From Actinomycetota bacterium (GTDB taxonomy: Bacteria; Actinomycetota; JAHEXW01; JAGVPG01), in contig JAGVPG010000021.1 of NCBI GenBank assembly GCA_020052375.1, positions 17,969 to 81,968 on the forward strand: DNA of 64,000 nt. The letters are read 5' to 3'. Position 1 is the stretch's first letter, and each line of letters starts with the position of its first letter. Under the pieces are notes generated by a model, which saw nothing but the letters and a program-made list of their open reading frames with translations, made no database searches and was not told the origin of the DNA. The position numbers and the translations under genes are program-made. This document shows, piece by piece, positions 46,196 to 55,118 of this stretch.

Positions 46196-47311
46196 ATGGC
46201 TAATATGCGTCAGAAAGCGATACTTGTCGGGTTAAGACTTCCATCTGATACCATGCACGATGTGGAAGAGTCACTCGACGAGCTCGCACAACTTGCCGAT
46301 ACCGCTGGTGCCGTCGTCGCCGATGTGGTAGTTCAGGAGCGGGAAGGCATCCATCCACGGACTTATATCGGGCCTGGCAAAGCGGAGCAGATAGGCGGTC
46401 TGGTAGGATCACTCGACATAGACCTTGTTATTCTGAATCATGATCTAAGCCCGTCCCAGCAACGGAACCTGGAAGACATCATCGGCAGGATGATAATAGA
46501 CAGAACAGGGCTGATCCTCGATATCTTCGCCCAACATGCTCATTCGAAGGAAGGATCCATCCAGGTCGAACTGGCTCAATGTACCTATAGACTGCCCGGA
46601 TTGAGGGGCAAAGGCATAGAGATGTCCAGGTTAGGTGGAGGTATAGGTACGAGAGGTCCGGGCGAAACAAAACTAGAGGTGGACAGGAGGAGGATACAGC
46701 AGCGGATACGCAGGTTGAAGAAAGAGCTTGTCCATATGGGGAAGGTCAGAGAGACACAAGCAAAAAGGCGCCGCAAGGCCTGCACCTTTGCTATCACGAT
46801 GGTCGGATACACGAATGCCGGAAAATCGACGCTCCTTAATCTGCTCACGCATGCCGGTGTGCTTGTCGAGGATCGGCTTTTTGTGACGCTTGATTCGACG
46901 ACCAGACAGCTGATGTTGCCTAATACTAAAAAGGTCGTCATATCGGATACGGTAGGTTTTATAAGGGAACTGCCACACCAGCTGGTGGCGGCGTTCAAGT
47001 CAACGCTGGAAGGGATCAGGGAGTCGGACCTGTTGCTGCACATAGTCGATCTGAGCGCGGAGAACTACCGTGAGAACATGCATGCCGTCTATGAAGTATT
47101 GAAGGAGATAGGCGCCGCGGAGAAGAACCATATAACAGTGTTTAATAAGACCGACGCGATAGGTAGCGACATCATAGAGAGAGCAAAAAAGGAGTATCCC
47201 GATTCCGTCTGCATGTCGGCTTTAAAAGGTGAAGGAGCAGACGTCCTGCTCGACGCCATTCAAGAGTATGTCGAAACCTGGACTTGCCGGTCTTTAGGGG
47301 ATACGCCTTAG
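46196..47311 (+). CDS. hflX: GTPase HflX
   Basis: HflX N-domain, GYTNAGKST, DTVGF, NKTD. Confidence 0.9.
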   Translation: MANMRQKAILVGLRLPSDTMHDVEESLDELAQLADTAGAVVADVVVQEREGIHPRTYIGPGKAEQIGGLVGSLDIDLVILNHDLSPSQQRNLEDIIGRMIIDRTGLILDIFAQHAHSKEGSIQVELAQCTYRLPGLRGKGIEMSRLGGGIGTRGPGETKLEVDRRRIQQRIRRLKKELVHMGKVRETQAKRRRKACTFAITMVGYTNAGKSTLLNLLTHAGVLVEDRLFVTLDSTTRQLMLPNTKKVVISDTVGFIRELPHQLVAAFKSTLEGIRESDLLLHIVDLSAENYRENMHAVYEVLKEIGAAEKNHITVFNKTDAIGSDIIERAKKEYPDSVCMSALKGEGADVLLDAIQEYVETWTCRSLGDTP

Positions 47312-47920
47312 AACGGCGACGACCTTTCCCAAAACCGCCGCTTCTTTTGTGATGATCGGCTGCATTTCCGGGTTCTCGGGTTGCAGCCGGATCTGCGAAC
47401 GTTCCTTATAAAACCTCTTGATAGTTGCCTCGTCTTCAATAAGGACCGCGGCGATCTGACCGTTTTCTACCTCAGTCTGTTTCCTGACGACCACGTAATC
47501 ATTATCCAAGATGCCCGCATTGATCATACTCGAACCCTTAACGCGGAGCATGAAGACGGATCTGTCGCCGACTATATCGACGGGAAGGGGCATATAATCG
47601 TCGATATTCTCCTCGGCAAGCAGGGGCTCGCCGGCTGCGATGCGGCCGACCAGGGGTATACTGACCATATTCTTATAGTCGGGGACAAGGCCACCCTGTT
47701 CGGTCTGCAGGACCTCGATCGCACGTGGCAAAGCCTGGCCGCGCTTTAAGTATCCTTTTCGTTCCAGGTTATTCAGATGGGCATGGACCGTTGAAGAAGA
47801 GGAGAGGCCGACTGCCTTACCGATCTCGCGGACGGAAGGAGGATAGCCGCGCTTTCGGACTTCGCTGAGGATATATCTTAATATCTCACGTTGCCTACGG
47901 GAAAGCTGTTCCTTTTCCAT
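47294..47920 (-). CDS. lexA: LexA repressor
   Basis: Winged-helix N-terminus, cleavage site AAGEP, VKGSSM, IKRF. Confidence 0.92.
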   Translation of the reverse strand: MEKEQLSRRQREILRYILSEVRKRGYPPSVREIGKAVGLSSSSTVHAHLNNLERKGYLKRGQALPRAIEVLQTEQGGLVPDYKNMVSIPLVGRIAAGEPLLAEENIDDYMPLPVDIVGDRSVFMLRVKGSSMINAGILDNDYVVVRKQTEVENGQIAAVLIEDEATIKRFYKERSQIRLQPENPEMQPIITKEAAVLGKVVAVLRRIP

Positions 47921-47965
47921 GGCGCCTCCTTTTTAAAAGGACTTAAAAGATGCTGTGTTGCAATG

Positions 47966-47994
47966 AATCTAGCATAAACATATGATAAATGCAA
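47966..47994 (-). promoter_or_regulatory. candidate lexA promoter
   Basis: On the minus strand: TTGCAT, 17-nt spacer, TAGATT; the -35 overlaps the operator. Confidence 0.4.
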
Positions 47995-48006
47995 ACACCA
48001 GTTCGC
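47991..48006 (-). promoter_or_regulatory. candidate LexA operator
   Basis: Minus strand reads GCGAACTGGTGTTTGC; shares CGAAC-N4-GTTTGCAT with the dinB operator. Confidence 0.55.
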
Positions 48007-48049
48007 TTCTCTTAAGAAACCCCTGGTAGAAAAATATTTCAATAGTTTC

Positions 48050-48078
48050 TTGACAGGCACAATATTTAGTGGTTGAAT
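48050..48078 (+). promoter_or_regulatory. candidate nrdR operon promoter
   Basis: TTGACA (48050-48055), 17-nt spacer, TTGAAT. Confidence 0.4.
48057..48072 (+). promoter_or_regulatory. NrdR box 1
   Basis: GCACAATATTTAGTGG, 13/16 match to acaCwAtATaTwGtgt. Confidence 0.6.
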
Positions 48079-48089
48079 GATATGAGTGT

Positions 48090-48105
48090 TCACAATATGT
48101 TGTGT
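48090..48105 (+). promoter_or_regulatory. NrdR box 2
   Basis: TCACAATATGTTGTGT, 14/16 match; 33 bp from box 1. Confidence 0.65.
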
Positions 48106-48128
48106 TATCAGGTAAAATGAGGTAGATC

Positions 48129-48605
48129 ATGAAATGTCCATATTGCGGTTATCTGGAAAGTAAAGTAATAGACTCGCGGCCGTCGGATTCGGGCGACCTT
48201 ATAAGGAGAAGACGCGAGTGCCTGAAATGCACCCAGCGTACGACGACTTACGAGAAGATCGAAGAGATACCGATCACCGTGATCAAAAAGAACAACCAGA
48301 GGGAACCGTTCGATAGGGGAAAGATAAGGGACGGACTCTTGAGGGCTACCGTGAAGAGGCAAGTCCCGACGGACACGCTCGAGCAAGTGATCACGGATAT
48401 AGAAACGGAACTAAGAAACCAGTTTAAAAACGAAGTCAATTCAAGGGCGATCGGAGATATGGTCCTGGAGAGACTTAGAGATATAGACAAAGTCGCATAC
48501 GTCCGTTTCGCGTCCGTTTATAGGGAGTTTCAAGATGTGGACGAATTCACGGACGAACTGGGGCGGCTACAGAAGGCTTTTTCAAGGGTGCATTCTACGA
48601 GCTAG
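48129..48605 (+). CDS. nrdR: transcriptional repressor NrdR
   Basis: MKCPYCG..SKVIDSR, zinc ribbon plus ATP-cone. Confidence 0.92.
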   Translation: MKCPYCGYLESKVIDSRPSDSGDLIRRRRECLKCTQRTTTYEKIEEIPITVIKKNNQREPFDRGKIRDGLLRATVKRQVPTDTLEQVITDIETELRNQFKNEVNSRAIGDMVLERLRDIDKVAYVRFASVYREFQDVDEFTDELGRLQKAFSRVHSTS

Positions 48606-48625
48606 GAAAAGGGAGGTTTTGAGGT

Positions 48626-50839
48626 ATGGGAGCGGCTGCAAGCGCGATCAACGTGATCAAAAACTCATCTCAAAAGGGTGACACCACCGATATAGCTTTG
48701 ATGGTGGCAACGGCTTCAAAAGACGAGATAAACACATGGGACAAAGATAAGATCGTAGATTCGTTGATCCTGGAGACAGGAGCCGAGCCATATCTGGCCG
48801 AGGAGATAGCGGACGCAGTCGAGCAGAGGATACTCGACAGCAATATAAAGAATGTGACGACAAGTTATATCCGGGAACTGATCGATATAGAGTTCCTGGA
48901 GAGAGACCTGCCACTGTTGCATAAAAAGCACTCTCACATCGGCCTGCCGATGTATGACGTCGAGCAGATCATATTCAACGCCAACAAGGAAAACAGCAAC
49001 ACGACGCATAATCCTGAATCCATAAACCTGACACTGGCCGAATCCATTCTTAAGGAGTTCGCGCTAAGGAAGGTGTTCAGCGAAGACATAGCACAAGCGC
49101 ATATGATAGGGGACATACATCTGCACGACCTCGGATTCATAATAAGGCCGTACTGCGGCGGCCATTCTCTTGAATATATCAAGAAGTACGGCCTATCATT
49201 GCCGAACATAACGAGCGTATCTAAACCCGCCAAGCATCCGGAGGTCCTGATCGGACATATGGTCAAGATGGCGTCCACATTGCAATCACACTATGCCGGC
49301 GCGGTCGGTTGGGAAGCGGTAAACATGTTTTTTGCTCCGTATCTCGTAGGATTGCCGTATGAACGGATAAGACAGCTGGCGCAGATGCTGATATTCGAGT
49401 TCAACCAGCTTGCCGGCAGCCGCGGTGCTCAGGTCACATTCACGGACTTCAATCTATACTATGGAGTTCCCAAGCATTTTGAGGACACACCGGCTATCGG
49501 GCCGGGCGGGAAGTATATGAAAAGGGTGGGGGATAAGATAATCCAGACGCCGTCGGCCGAGACCGGTTGTATGACGTATAAGGATTTCGAGAAAGAGTCG
49601 GATCTCTTCTTGAAAGCGCTGTTCGAGATCTATATGGAAGGCGATGTCACAGGTAAGACCTTCGTGTTTCCAAAGCCGCTACTTCATATAAACGACAAAT
49701 TCTTCAGAACTGAAGGGCACGACGAATTCCTGCAACTTGCTTGCGCGGTGGCTTCGAAGCAGGGGATAACATATTTCGTCTTCGACAGGGGAGATTCATG
49801 TACGATCAGCCAGTGCTGCAGATTGAAGCTGAAGCTCGGGGAGAAAGACCTGGAAGAGACGAAGACTCCCGAGAAGATGCGTTTTTCGGCTCTCCAGAAC
49901 GTGACGATCAATCTGCCGAGGATCGCGTATAAAGCGCGGGGTAACGACGAGATGTTGTTCATGGAGATAAAGAAATGTCTTGAACTGGTCATAAAGGCGC
50001 ACGCGCAGAAAAGGGATTTCGTCGAGAAGATCATAGAACTAAAAGAGAACGGCCCGCTTTACATGTTCAGCGCGACACAAGACGGAACGCCATATCTTAG
50101 GTTCGACCGGTTGACATACCTAGGCGGACTACTGGGCTTGAACGAGCTCGTCCAGGCGCATACCGGCGATCAGCTGCATGAATCGGATGCGGCGATCAAG
50201 TTCGGGATCAAGGTCGTGGCGTACATGAACCTCGAGTGCAAACGGCTAAGCGATGAATACGGGATAAGGCTTGTCCTTGAGGAGTCGCCGGCTGAATCGG
50301 CAGCTTACCGGCTGGCCAAGCTCGATATGAAATATTTCCCCGAAATAGCCAGCAAGGTGATAAAGGGCAGTCTGGATGAAAACAGCTACTACTATACTAA
50401 CTCCATCCACCTGGCGGCTGATGCGCCCGTGGATTATATCGACAGAGTAATAAAGCAAAGCAAGTTTCATCCGCTGATCGAGGCCGGAGCCATCATCCAT
50501 ATATGGTTAGGAGAGCACGAACCGGATCCGGCGTCGATCAAGAGTTTCGTAATAAAGACGTTCAACGAGACGCGGGCCGAGCAGATAGCCTTCTCGCCGG
50601 AGTTCACTGTTTGCGAAGACTGTAGAAGGACGACGAGGGGACTGAAGGAGACGTGCCCGCTTTGCGGTTCCGAGAACGTATACGGCATAACAAGGATCGT
50701 CGGGTATTACTCGAAGGTCCCGACATGGAACAAGGGTAAGTCAGCAGAGTTGAAAGACAGGACAAAGACCGATCTTGTAAGGGAGGTGGCTGATGAAGAT
50801 AAAACTGTTCTGGAAGGAAGGATGCCCGCGGTGTCCTGA
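48626..50839 (+). CDS. nrdD: anaerobic ribonucleoside-triphosphate reductase (class III)
   Basis: ATP-cone N-terminus; C-terminal CEDC..CPLCG zinc site and glycyl-radical motif TRIVGYYS. Confidence 0.9.
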   Translation: MGAAASAINVIKNSSQKGDTTDIALMVATASKDEINTWDKDKIVDSLILETGAEPYLAEEIADAVEQRILDSNIKNVTTSYIRELIDIEFLERDLPLLHKKHSHIGLPMYDVEQIIFNANKENSNTTHNPESINLTLAESILKEFALRKVFSEDIAQAHMIGDIHLHDLGFIIRPYCGGHSLEYIKKYGLSLPNITSVSKPAKHPEVLIGHMVKMASTLQSHYAGAVGWEAVNMFFAPYLVGLPYERIRQLAQMLIFEFNQLAGSRGAQVTFTDFNLYYGVPKHFEDTPAIGPGGKYMKRVGDKIIQTPSAETGCMTYKDFEKESDLFLKALFEIYMEGDVTGKTFVFPKPLLHINDKFFRTEGHDEFLQLACAVASKQGITYFVFDRGDSCTISQCCRLKLKLGEKDLEETKTPEKMRFSALQNVTINLPRIAYKARGNDEMLFMEIKKCLELVIKAHAQKRDFVEKIIELKENGPLYMFSATQDGTPYLRFDRLTYLGGLLGLNELVQAHTGDQLHESDAAIKFGIKVVAYMNLECKRLSDEYGIRLVLEESPAESAAYRLAKLDMKYFPEIASKVIKGSLDENSYYYTNSIHLAADAPVDYIDRVIKQSKFHPLIEAGAIIHIWLGEHEPDPASIKSFVIKTFNETRAEQIAFSPEFTVCEDCRRTTRGLKETCPLCGSENVYGITRIVGYYSKVPTWNKGKSAELKDRTKTDLVREVADEDKTVLEGRMPAVS

Positions 50840-51038
50840 GGCCAAAGCGGTACTTGCCGATGCTCCCAACGTCGAAGTCTACGACCTCGACGAGATGGAT
50901 GGACTGGGAGAAGGCGCTTACTACGGAGTCCTGGCGACACCGTCGATCATTATTTGCGACGACGGCGGGCGGGAGATCACATCATGGAGAGGAGAAGTGC
51001 CGAGCCGGCGGCAGCTGGCTGAATGGATCATCCATTAG
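50793..51038 (+). CDS. glutaredoxin/NrdH-like small redoxin
   Basis: MKIKLFWKEGCPRCP; GGAGGTGG RBS; overlaps the nrdD 3' end by 47 nt. Confidence 0.75.
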   Translation: MKIKLFWKEGCPRCPEAKAVLADAPNVEVYDLDEMDGLGEGAYYGVLATPSIIICDDGGREITSWRGEVPSRRQLAEWIIH

Positions 51039-51044
51039 GGAGAT

Positions 51045-51770
51045 ATGAGTTTACTAGACCTGGATCTACGTTTAGGCGAGACCGTAAAAGGTTTCCATAA
51101 GACTACAATGCTGGACTGGGAAGGGAAGATAGCGTCGAGCATCTTCATCGGCGGGTGCAACTTCCGTTGCGCGTTCTGCCATAATCCTGAACTGGTCATG
51201 AGGCATAAAGATATACCTCCGATCGGCTGGACCGAGATCGCCGGCCATCTCGAGGATAGACGCGGCTGGATCGACGGCGTTGTGATCGGGGGCGGGGAGC
51301 CGACGTTGAGTTCGGAGATCGAAGACCTGTCGAGGGAGATAAAGCGGCTCGGATTCCCCGTTAAACTGGACACGAACGGTTCCGAACCGGCCGTTTTGAA
51401 AAGATTGATAGATAACGGACTTATAGACCACATCGCTATGGATGTAAAGACTGTTTTTGAAAAGTATCCGCATGTAACGCAGAGCAACATAGATCCGGGC
51501 GTCATCATGAAGAGCGTCGACCTCGTGGCAGCGTCCGGACTGGACCATGAGTTCAGGACCACCGCTTATCCTCCGGCGGCGGGAAAGGAAGACCTTATCG
51601 GCATAGCGCGGCATATAGGCAGCCGCGGGGGTATGGATTATGTCATACAGCAGTTCAGGCCGGAGATCGTATTAAACGAAGACGCCTTGAGCCACAAACC
51701 GCATAGCCATGACTTCTTGGTGTCCGTCGTGGAGACCTGCTCCGATCATATTCCTACCCGAATAAGGTAG
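51045..51770 (+). CDS. nrdG: anaerobic RNR activating radical SAM enzyme
   Basis: GGCNFRCAFCHNPE, GGGEPT. Confidence 0.85.
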   Translation: MSLLDLDLRLGETVKGFHKTTMLDWEGKIASSIFIGGCNFRCAFCHNPELVMRHKDIPPIGWTEIAGHLEDRRGWIDGVVIGGGEPTLSSEIEDLSREIKRLGFPVKLDTNGSEPAVLKRLIDNGLIDHIAMDVKTVFEKYPHVTQSNIDPGVIMKSVDLVAASGLDHEFRTTAYPPAAGKEDLIGIARHIGSRGGMDYVIQQFRPEIVLNEDALSHKPHSHDFLVSVVETCSDHIPTRIR

Positions 51771-51773
51771 CGC

Positions 51774-52838
51774 ATGGATGAAGACAAAGAGAAAAAAGAT
51801 CTAAAAGACGAGCTTTTTAAGACTAAAGAAGAGCTGGACAAGCTGTACAGGGATCTTGGCAGGATATACGACATCGTAAACACCATCCACTCGACCCTAA
51901 GGCTTTCAGAGCTGGCAAGCATAAGCAAGACCATAATCGAGCAGACATTAGGGCTGGACACCTACAGTCTTATCGTCTACGACAGTGTGACCAAGCAGTT
52001 CGTCGTGGTCGAGACCAGCAACCTCAGCAAGGATATCGAAGAAAAGGCCTTACAAAGCGTCCGTGATTTTGCCGACGAATGGCACAGAAAGCATAAAGCG
52101 TCAGTAGAACCGGAAAAAACAAAGATCACATCGGACGCCGGAGATTCAATAACGCGCATTCCGATCGCAGTGTATAAGCGGACAGTAGGGGCTCTTTTCA
52201 TCTCGGATGAGATCCTGGACAAAGTGAACCATGAAGGCAACGAGATACTGACTCTGATCACCAACCAGCTTACTGTCGCCATGGAGAACTCCATCCTTTA
52301 TGAGATAACCAGGAAACTTTCGATAACGGACGATAAGACGGGCATATACAACCTGAGGTATCTTAAGCAACGCCTGGCCCTGGAATTAAGGCGGGCGCAT
52401 AGATATGAAAGACCGTTGAGTTTCTTGATGATCGATATCGATGACTTCAAAAGATATAACGATACTTATGGGCATATTGCGGGCGATGTGGTTATCAAAG
52501 AGATAGCCGATGTAATAAAAGGACTGTGCAGGCAGATCGATATGGTGGCGCGATACGGTGGAGAGGAGTTCTGCGTTATGCTGCCGGAGACGGACGGAGC
52601 AGGCGCGGAGATGGTGGCAAAACGCCTGATCGATCTGGTAGCGGAGTATGAATTCAAGGGAAAGGCGGAAGATGACGTCGAGAGGTTGTCTGTATCGGTC
52701 GGGGTAGCCTCTTATCCCGAGCACGCGGATTCCGCTTCACAACTCATAGAGCTATCTGACCAGGCATTATTGATAGCAAAGAAGAACGGGAAGAACCAGT
52801 TTCAAGTCGTTACAAAAGGGAAGGGAAGTGTGAATTGA
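51774..52838 (+). CDS. GAF-like sensor diguanylate cyclase (GGEEF, with RxxD I-site)
   Basis: RQIDMVARYGGEEF, DIDDFKRYNDTYGH. Confidence 0.8.
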   Translation: MDEDKEKKDLKDELFKTKEELDKLYRDLGRIYDIVNTIHSTLRLSELASISKTIIEQTLGLDTYSLIVYDSVTKQFVVVETSNLSKDIEEKALQSVRDFADEWHRKHKASVEPEKTKITSDAGDSITRIPIAVYKRTVGALFISDEILDKVNHEGNEILTLITNQLTVAMENSILYEITRKLSITDDKTGIYNLRYLKQRLALELRRAHRYERPLSFLMIDIDDFKRYNDTYGHIAGDVVIKEIADVIKGLCRQIDMVARYGGEEFCVMLPETDGAGAEMVAKRLIDLVAEYEFKGKAEDDVERLSVSVGVASYPEHADSASQLIELSDQALLIAKKNGKNQFQVVTKGKGSVN

Positions 52839-53278
52839 GCATCAAGATCATGATAAGGCGTTTAGATAAAGGATTGCCGGTCCCGGTCTACGCCCACGAC
52901 GGAGATGCCGGCTGCGACCTTTTAAGCGCCGTAGACGTCGTCATACAGCCCGGAGAACGCGTTTTAGTGCCTACAGGCATAGCCGTGTCTATACCGAGGG
53001 GGCATGGCGGTTTCGTACAGCCACGGAGCGGCCTGGCGATAAAACACGGCATAAGCCTTGTAAACACCCCGGGACTGATAGACAGCGCCTATAGGGGCGA
53101 GATAAAGATAATAATGATAAATACGGACCGTACGGAACCTTTTCATGTCAAACGCGGGGACAAGATCGCCCAGTTTGTCATCCAACAAGTGGAAGAAGCG
53201 GAGTTTGAAGAGGTGGAAGAGCTGGACGCGACTATCAGAGGCGATGGAGGCTTCGGAAGTACGGGAATAAGAGCATAA
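52835..53278 (+). CDS. dut: dUTP diphosphatase
   Basis: AGCDL, PRSGLA, GLIDSAYRGE, RGDGGFGSTG. Confidence 0.92.
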   Translation: MSIKIMIRRLDKGLPVPVYAHDGDAGCDLLSAVDVVIQPGERVLVPTGIAVSIPRGHGGFVQPRSGLAIKHGISLVNTPGLIDSAYRGEIKIIMINTDRTEPFHVKRGDKIAQFVIQQVEEAEFEEVEELDATIRGDGGFGSTGIRA

Positions 53279-53282
53279 GTAA

Positions 53283-53371
53283 AGAGGCGAGATGAACTTC
53301 CTACATGGAACAAAAGAAAAGAGGACAGTTACTCTCGTTACAAACCTCTTTTCTTATCTCATCTCGCCTCT
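53283..53371. repeat. long two-tier inverted repeat (hairpin)
   Basis: AGAGGCGAGATGA (53283-53295) / TCATCTCGCCTCT (53359-53371); inner AAGAAAAGAGG (53314-53324) / CCTCTTTTCTT (53345-53355). Confidence 0.85.
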
Positions 53372-53532
53372 AATATCTACGTTAAACCTCATATCTTATA
53401 AAGTCAATGGGTGGGAAGAAGAAAATAAAAAACCTTTAAAATGCCACGTTAGCGTTATGTCTACTTCTATTCCCGACTTCGTATAATATATGTTATGTAA
53501 ACTACTTATGTATATCACTTAAACTTCTCTTA

Positions 53533-53572
53533 CTACTTCACTACTTCTCTGTTTCCCTACTTCCCTATTACG
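53533..53572 (-). repeat. 8-nt tandem array (plus strand CTACTTCA, CTACTTCT, CTGTTTCC, CTACTTCC, CTATTACG)
   Basis: Read directly; lies immediately 3' of the archaemetzincin stop. Confidence 0.8.
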
Positions 53573-54085
53573 TTACTTCTCTTCCAACAGCATCCTATGG
53601 TCGTCACAGAATGTAATGGGCTTAGCATCCGTCTCTTCGGCGTTCTCGGAGAACCGCATGACGCAGTCATGCCTGTCGCAGTGAAGCAGTCCAAAGGTAT
53701 GTCCGATCTCATGGACGGCTTCTTTTCTGACGCGCTCTATAAAGTTAAGCATATCGCCGGTTCTTAGACGGTAAAGAGAGATGACGGCGTACACCCCGTT
53801 GACCTGGGCCTGTCCGAAGATATAATTGCGTCCTCGGACGTAAAGGTCGTCATTTGTAACAGAAAGGACCTTCCTGCCCTCCCCTACCTCAAGACGCGTT
53901 ATACGTCTAAGGATCGTAGGGGCGCTGAACTGGTTACGGCGGGCGCTGAAGGCATGTAAGGGCATGTCAAGAGGTGATAAGACTTCGATGTCACAGTGAA
54001 ATGAAGATGTGAGCACGTCTTCAAGAGAACGGATGATCATCGGATCGATCTCTCCGAAGGGCTGTATCGAGATCACGTCTGGCAT
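53573..54085 (-). CDS. archaemetzincin-like (M54) zinc metalloprotease
   Basis: HEIGHTFGLLHCDRHDCVM..FCDDH, i.e. HExxHxxGx3Cx4CxM with the final CxxC reading CDDH. Confidence 0.8.
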   Translation of the reverse strand: MPDVISIQPFGEIDPMIIRSLEDVLTSSFHCDIEVLSPLDMPLHAFSARRNQFSAPTILRRITRLEVGEGRKVLSVTNDDLYVRGRNYIFGQAQVNGVYAVISLYRLRTGDMLNFIERVRKEAVHEIGHTFGLLHCDRHDCVMRFSENAEETDAKPITFCDDHRMLLEEK

Positions 54086-54105
54086 AGAGGGCTCTTATGA
54101 GGGGT

Positions 54106-55098
54106 TCATACCAGGTTCTGCAGTTTATCGAGTTGGTCCCTGGTGCCGATGACGACCAGCTTATCTCCGCCATGGATCTTCGTACTTTTGCTTAAGTTGG
54201 TCTCGAACCTGCCGGAAGAGCGTTGGATCGACAGTATATAGGCACCACTAAGCTTTCTGACCTCGGACTCTTTTATGGTCTTGCCGGCTACTCCGGAATC
54301 ATGGCCGATCTTTATCTCCTGCAACTGGAATTCAAGCTCTTCGCCATGCATCACAGTATCAAGGAAGTCACTTACGACGGGCTTCAATATCATGGAAGCG
54401 ATCCTCCTGCCGCCGAGGCTGTAGGGGCTGACTACACGGTCGGCGCCGGCGCGCTTCAATTTTGACTCGCTTCCCTCCAGATTTGCTCTGGCGATGATAA
54501 AAAGATTCGGATTAAGACCGCGGGCCGATAAGGTCACATAGACGTTATCCTCGTCCCCGTCGACTACGGAGACCAATCCCTTGGCTCTCTCTATCCCGGC
54601 GTCTTTCAGGACATTGTCATCCGACGCGTTACCCTGTATATACAGTACTTCCTCCGTGTCCAGATACTTCTTGACGTCAGGGTTGCTGTCCAGTACGACA
54701 AAAGGAGCGCCGGTGCGCTTGAACTCGCGCGCGATCTGCTCCCCTACCCTGCCGAAGCCGCATATTATATAGTGGTCTTTTAGTGCCGATATCTTTCTTT
54801 TCATCATCTGTCCTCCTAGAATGTCACTAAAATAGCCTTCGACCATGAATTCGACGATGCTTCCTAGAGTATACGCTGAAGCGCTCACACCGCCGACGAT
54901 TATGAACAGTGTAAATACCTTTCCGGAACCGGAAAGCGGATGGACTTCTCGAAAACCGACGGTGGTTATGGTTATGATCGTCATGTAAAGCGAATCAAGC
55001 GGCGCCCAGCCTTCGATCAGCGTATAACCTATGGTACCGGTTATGATGACGGTAAAGAGAAGCCCTACGGCGATCCTGAGGTGTCTTAATAAGCTCAA
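54106..55098 (-). CDS. two-TM potassium-channel-like protein with RCK (TrkA-N/TrkA-C) domains
   Basis: Pore TITTVGFRE; Rossmann IICGFGRVG; TTG start after AGAGGAG. Confidence 0.8.
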   Translation of the reverse strand: MSLLRHLRIAVGLLFTVIITGTIGYTLIEGWAPLDSLYMTIITITTVGFREVHPLSGSGKVFTLFIIVGGVSASAYTLGSIVEFMVEGYFSDILGGQMMKRKISALKDHYIICGFGRVGEQIAREFKRTGAPFVVLDSNPDVKKYLDTEEVLYIQGNASDDNVLKDAGIERAKGLVSVVDGDEDNVYVTLSARGLNPNLFIIARANLEGSESKLKRAGADRVVSPYSLGGRRIASMILKPVVSDFLDTVMHGEELEFQLQEIKIGHDSGVAGKTIKESEVRKLSGAYILSIQRSSGRFETNLSKSTKIHGGDKLVVIGTRDQLDKLQNLV

Positions 55099-55118
55099 GT
55101 CACTCCTCTTTTCTCAAA

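Noticed and set aside
50793-50839. The 47-nt nrdD/redoxin overlap as evidence of a frameshift or mis-assembly.
   Set aside because: Both reading frames are individually complete. nrdD carries its glycyl-radical motif well before the overlap. The redoxin has its own strong RBS and its CPRC motif at residues 11-14.
53292-53486. A 64-aa ORF after dut with an AGAGG four nt before its ATG.
   Set aside because: It runs through both arms of the long hairpin, is low-complexity (Leu/Ser/Thr/Asn), and has no recognisable motif. I treat it as non-coding pending expression data.
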